Made by a program: the position numbers and the translations under genes | Part shown: piece by piece, positions 17,746-19,199 of the stretch | How positions within the stretch are numbered: the first letter of the stretch is position 1 | Layout of the letters: every line of letters begins with the position of its first letter | Notes under the pieces: generated by a model | The model's input: the letters and a program-made list of their open reading frames with translations, nothing else | Told to the model about the DNA's origin: nothing | Databases searched by the model: none | Origin: Pseudothermotoga sp. | GTDB lineage: Bacteria > Thermotogota > Thermotogae > Thermotogales > DSM-5069 | Strand: one strand, 5' to 3' | DNA: 19,199 bases | Assembly: GCA_031962025.1 (NCBI GenBank) | Contig: JAVRKW010000019.1

Positions 17746-17827
17746 GCCTAACAAAGTACATACAGCTACATCTTTCTTCTTCCAAAGCCAGATTCGTTAA
17801 ACTTCGTGTGTTTGCAGAATGTTATCT
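17746..17827 (+). repeat. attC-like element 4
   Basis: GCCTAAC 17746-17752 ... GTTATCT 17821-17827 (82 bp; an alternative GTTAAAC lies at 17796-17802). Shares GCCTAACAA, AAAGCCA, AAACTTC and the post-core AAATT with the 9947 element. Confidence 0.58.
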
Positions 17828-17845
17828 GAAATTGTCGTCTGAACG

Positions 17846-17879
17846 TAAAAAACATAAGGTGAGCCATTGTGGCTCACCT
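17846..17879 (-). terminator. Rho-independent terminator of the lipoprotein gene
   Basis: Perfect 10-bp stem AGGTGAGCCA (17857-17866) / TGGCTCACCT (17870-17879), 4 bp after the stop codon, followed on the minus strand by TATGTTTTTT. Confidence 0.85.
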
Positions 17880-17883
17880 GTAT

Positions 17884-19191
17884 TCACCATCCAAGCTTTA
17901 CTACCCAAAAGTCATAACTATCATGATATCCACTCACATCACCATTGTTTGAGTTGGTCCACCCAGCCACTATGTATCCACCGTCAGTAGTCTGTTGAAT
18001 TGAACTTGCTACATCATTCCAAGATCCACCAAACACTTTTTGCCAGACTATACCTCCACTGCTGTTAAGCTTTACTATCCAAAACTCATAACCACCATGA
18101 TTTCCACTCACATCACCATCGTTTGAGTTAGTATACCCAGCCACTATGTATCCACCATCAGTAGTCTGTTGAATTGAATATGCAAAATCATCATTAGATC
18201 CACCAAGTGCTTTTTGCCATCGTATATTTCCATTACTTTCAAGTTTTACTACCCAAAAGTCATAACTATCATGATATCCACTCACATCACCATCGTATGA
18301 CATAGTACCCCCAGCCACTATGTATCCACCATCGGAAGTCTGTTGAATTGAATATGCTCCATCCCAACCAGATCCCCCAAGTGCTTTTTGCCAGACTATA
18401 TCTCCACTGCTGTTAAGCTTTACTACCCAAAAGTCAGCTCCATCATGATATCCACTCACATCACCATCGTTTGACCAAGTATACCCAGCTACTATGTATC
18501 CATCACTTGTCTGTTGAATTGAAAATGCTACATCAGAAGAAGATCCACCGAGTGCTTTTTGCCATTCTTTATTCCCATTACTGTCAAGTTTTACTACCCA
18601 AAAGTCATAACCATCATGATATCCACTCACATCACCATCGTATGACATAGTACCCCCAGCCACTATGTATCCACCATCGGAAGTCTGTTGAATTGAATGT
18701 GCTTCATCATTCCTAGATCCACCGAGTGCTTTTTGCCATTGTTTATTCCCACTACTGTCAAGTTTTACTACCCAAATGTCACTGTCACCATGATATCCAC
18801 TCACATCACCATCGTTTGACCAAGTACACCCAGCTACTATGTACCCGCTATCAGTAGTCTGTTGAATTGAATGTGCTTCATCATTCCTAGATCCACCAAG
18901 TGCCTTTTGCCAGACTATATTTCTATTACTGTCAAGTTTTACTACCCAAACGTCACCGTTACCATGATATCCACTCACATTAACATCGTTTGATCGAGTA
19001 TACCCAGCAACTATGTATCCGCCATCAGCAGTCTGTTGAATTGAATATGCTGCCTCCTCATCAGATCCACCAAGTGCTTTTTGCCAGATGATTATAGGTG
19101 CTGTTTCTGGTTGACTGGGAACGGTTGCACAGCTTTCAAGGAAAATTACAAGTAGAAAACTCAGAACAAACATTACCCAGGATTTTCTCAC
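17884..19191 (-). CDS. Lipoprotein with seven ~58-aa repeats (predicted 7-bladed beta-propeller)
   Basis: GTG start with GGAG RBS at the window edge. Signal peptide with lipobox LES-C; seven copies of WQKALGGS..D.A.SIQQT.DGGYIVAG.T.S.DGDVSGYH...DFWVVKL. Confidence 0.9.
   Translation of the reverse strand: MRKSWVMFVLSFLLVIFLESCATVPSQPETAPIIIWQKALGGSDEEAAYSIQQTADGGYIVAGYTRSNDVNVSGYHGNGDVWVVKLDSNRNIVWQKALGGSRNDEAHSIQQTTDSGYIVAGCTWSNDGDVSGYHGDSDIWVVKLDSSGNKQWQKALGGSRNDEAHSIQQTSDGGYIVAGGTMSYDGDVSGYHDGYDFWVVKLDSNGNKEWQKALGGSSSDVAFSIQQTSDGYIVAGYTWSNDGDVSGYHDGADFWVVKLNSSGDIVWQKALGGSGWDGAYSIQQTSDGGYIVAGGTMSYDGDVSGYHDSYDFWVVKLESNGNIRWQKALGGSNDDFAYSIQQTTDGGYIVAGYTNSNDGDVSGNHGGYEFWIVKLNSSGGIVWQKVFGGSWNDVASSIQQTTDGGYIVAGWTNSNNGDVSGYHDSYDFWVVKLGW
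17890..19090 (-). repeat. Coding tandem repeat, 7 units of ~174 bp
   Basis: Recurrent GTCTGTTGAATTGAA, CCACTCACATCACCATCGT and TTTACTACCCAAA blocks at ~174-bp intervals. Confidence 0.9.
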
Positions 19192-19199
19192 AGCACTCC

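Noticed and set aside
17884..19090. Diversity-generating retroelement target or CRISPR
   Set aside because: Repeats are in-frame coding units; no reverse transcriptase or non-coding template repeat in the window, and I did not see adenine-restricted variation.

Overview
An AT-rich accessory/defence island from a bacterium, possibly an anaerobic thermophile such as Thermotogota (inference from gene content only). The left half (210-9935) is a restriction-like defence operon: SNF2 helicase with a DUF3883 nuclease domain, DUF1156 DNA methyltransferase and DUF499 ATPase. Three decayed passenger genes sit inside it (an internally deleted AlbA_2-HTH gene and a broken MNT/HEPN toxin-antitoxin pair), along with a 10-copy, helically phased GG(A/G)C(A/G) array upstream of the methylase. 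The middle holds a flavodoxin-like gene, a secreted protein, an IS3-like remnant and a stand-alone HsdR_N-type nuclease with a SeqA-like C-terminal domain. The right half has a four-gene operon (heliorhodopsin, SnoaL/NTF2-like protein, retinol-dehydrogenase-like SDR, phytoene desaturase/retinol saturase-like FAD enzyme), a truncated wHTH gene and a 7-repeat beta-propeller lipoprotein. Four related, partly degenerate attC-like elements (near 57, 9947, 13358 and 17746) punctuate the + strand. They suggest a decaying integron-type cassette array; no integrase is present in this window.
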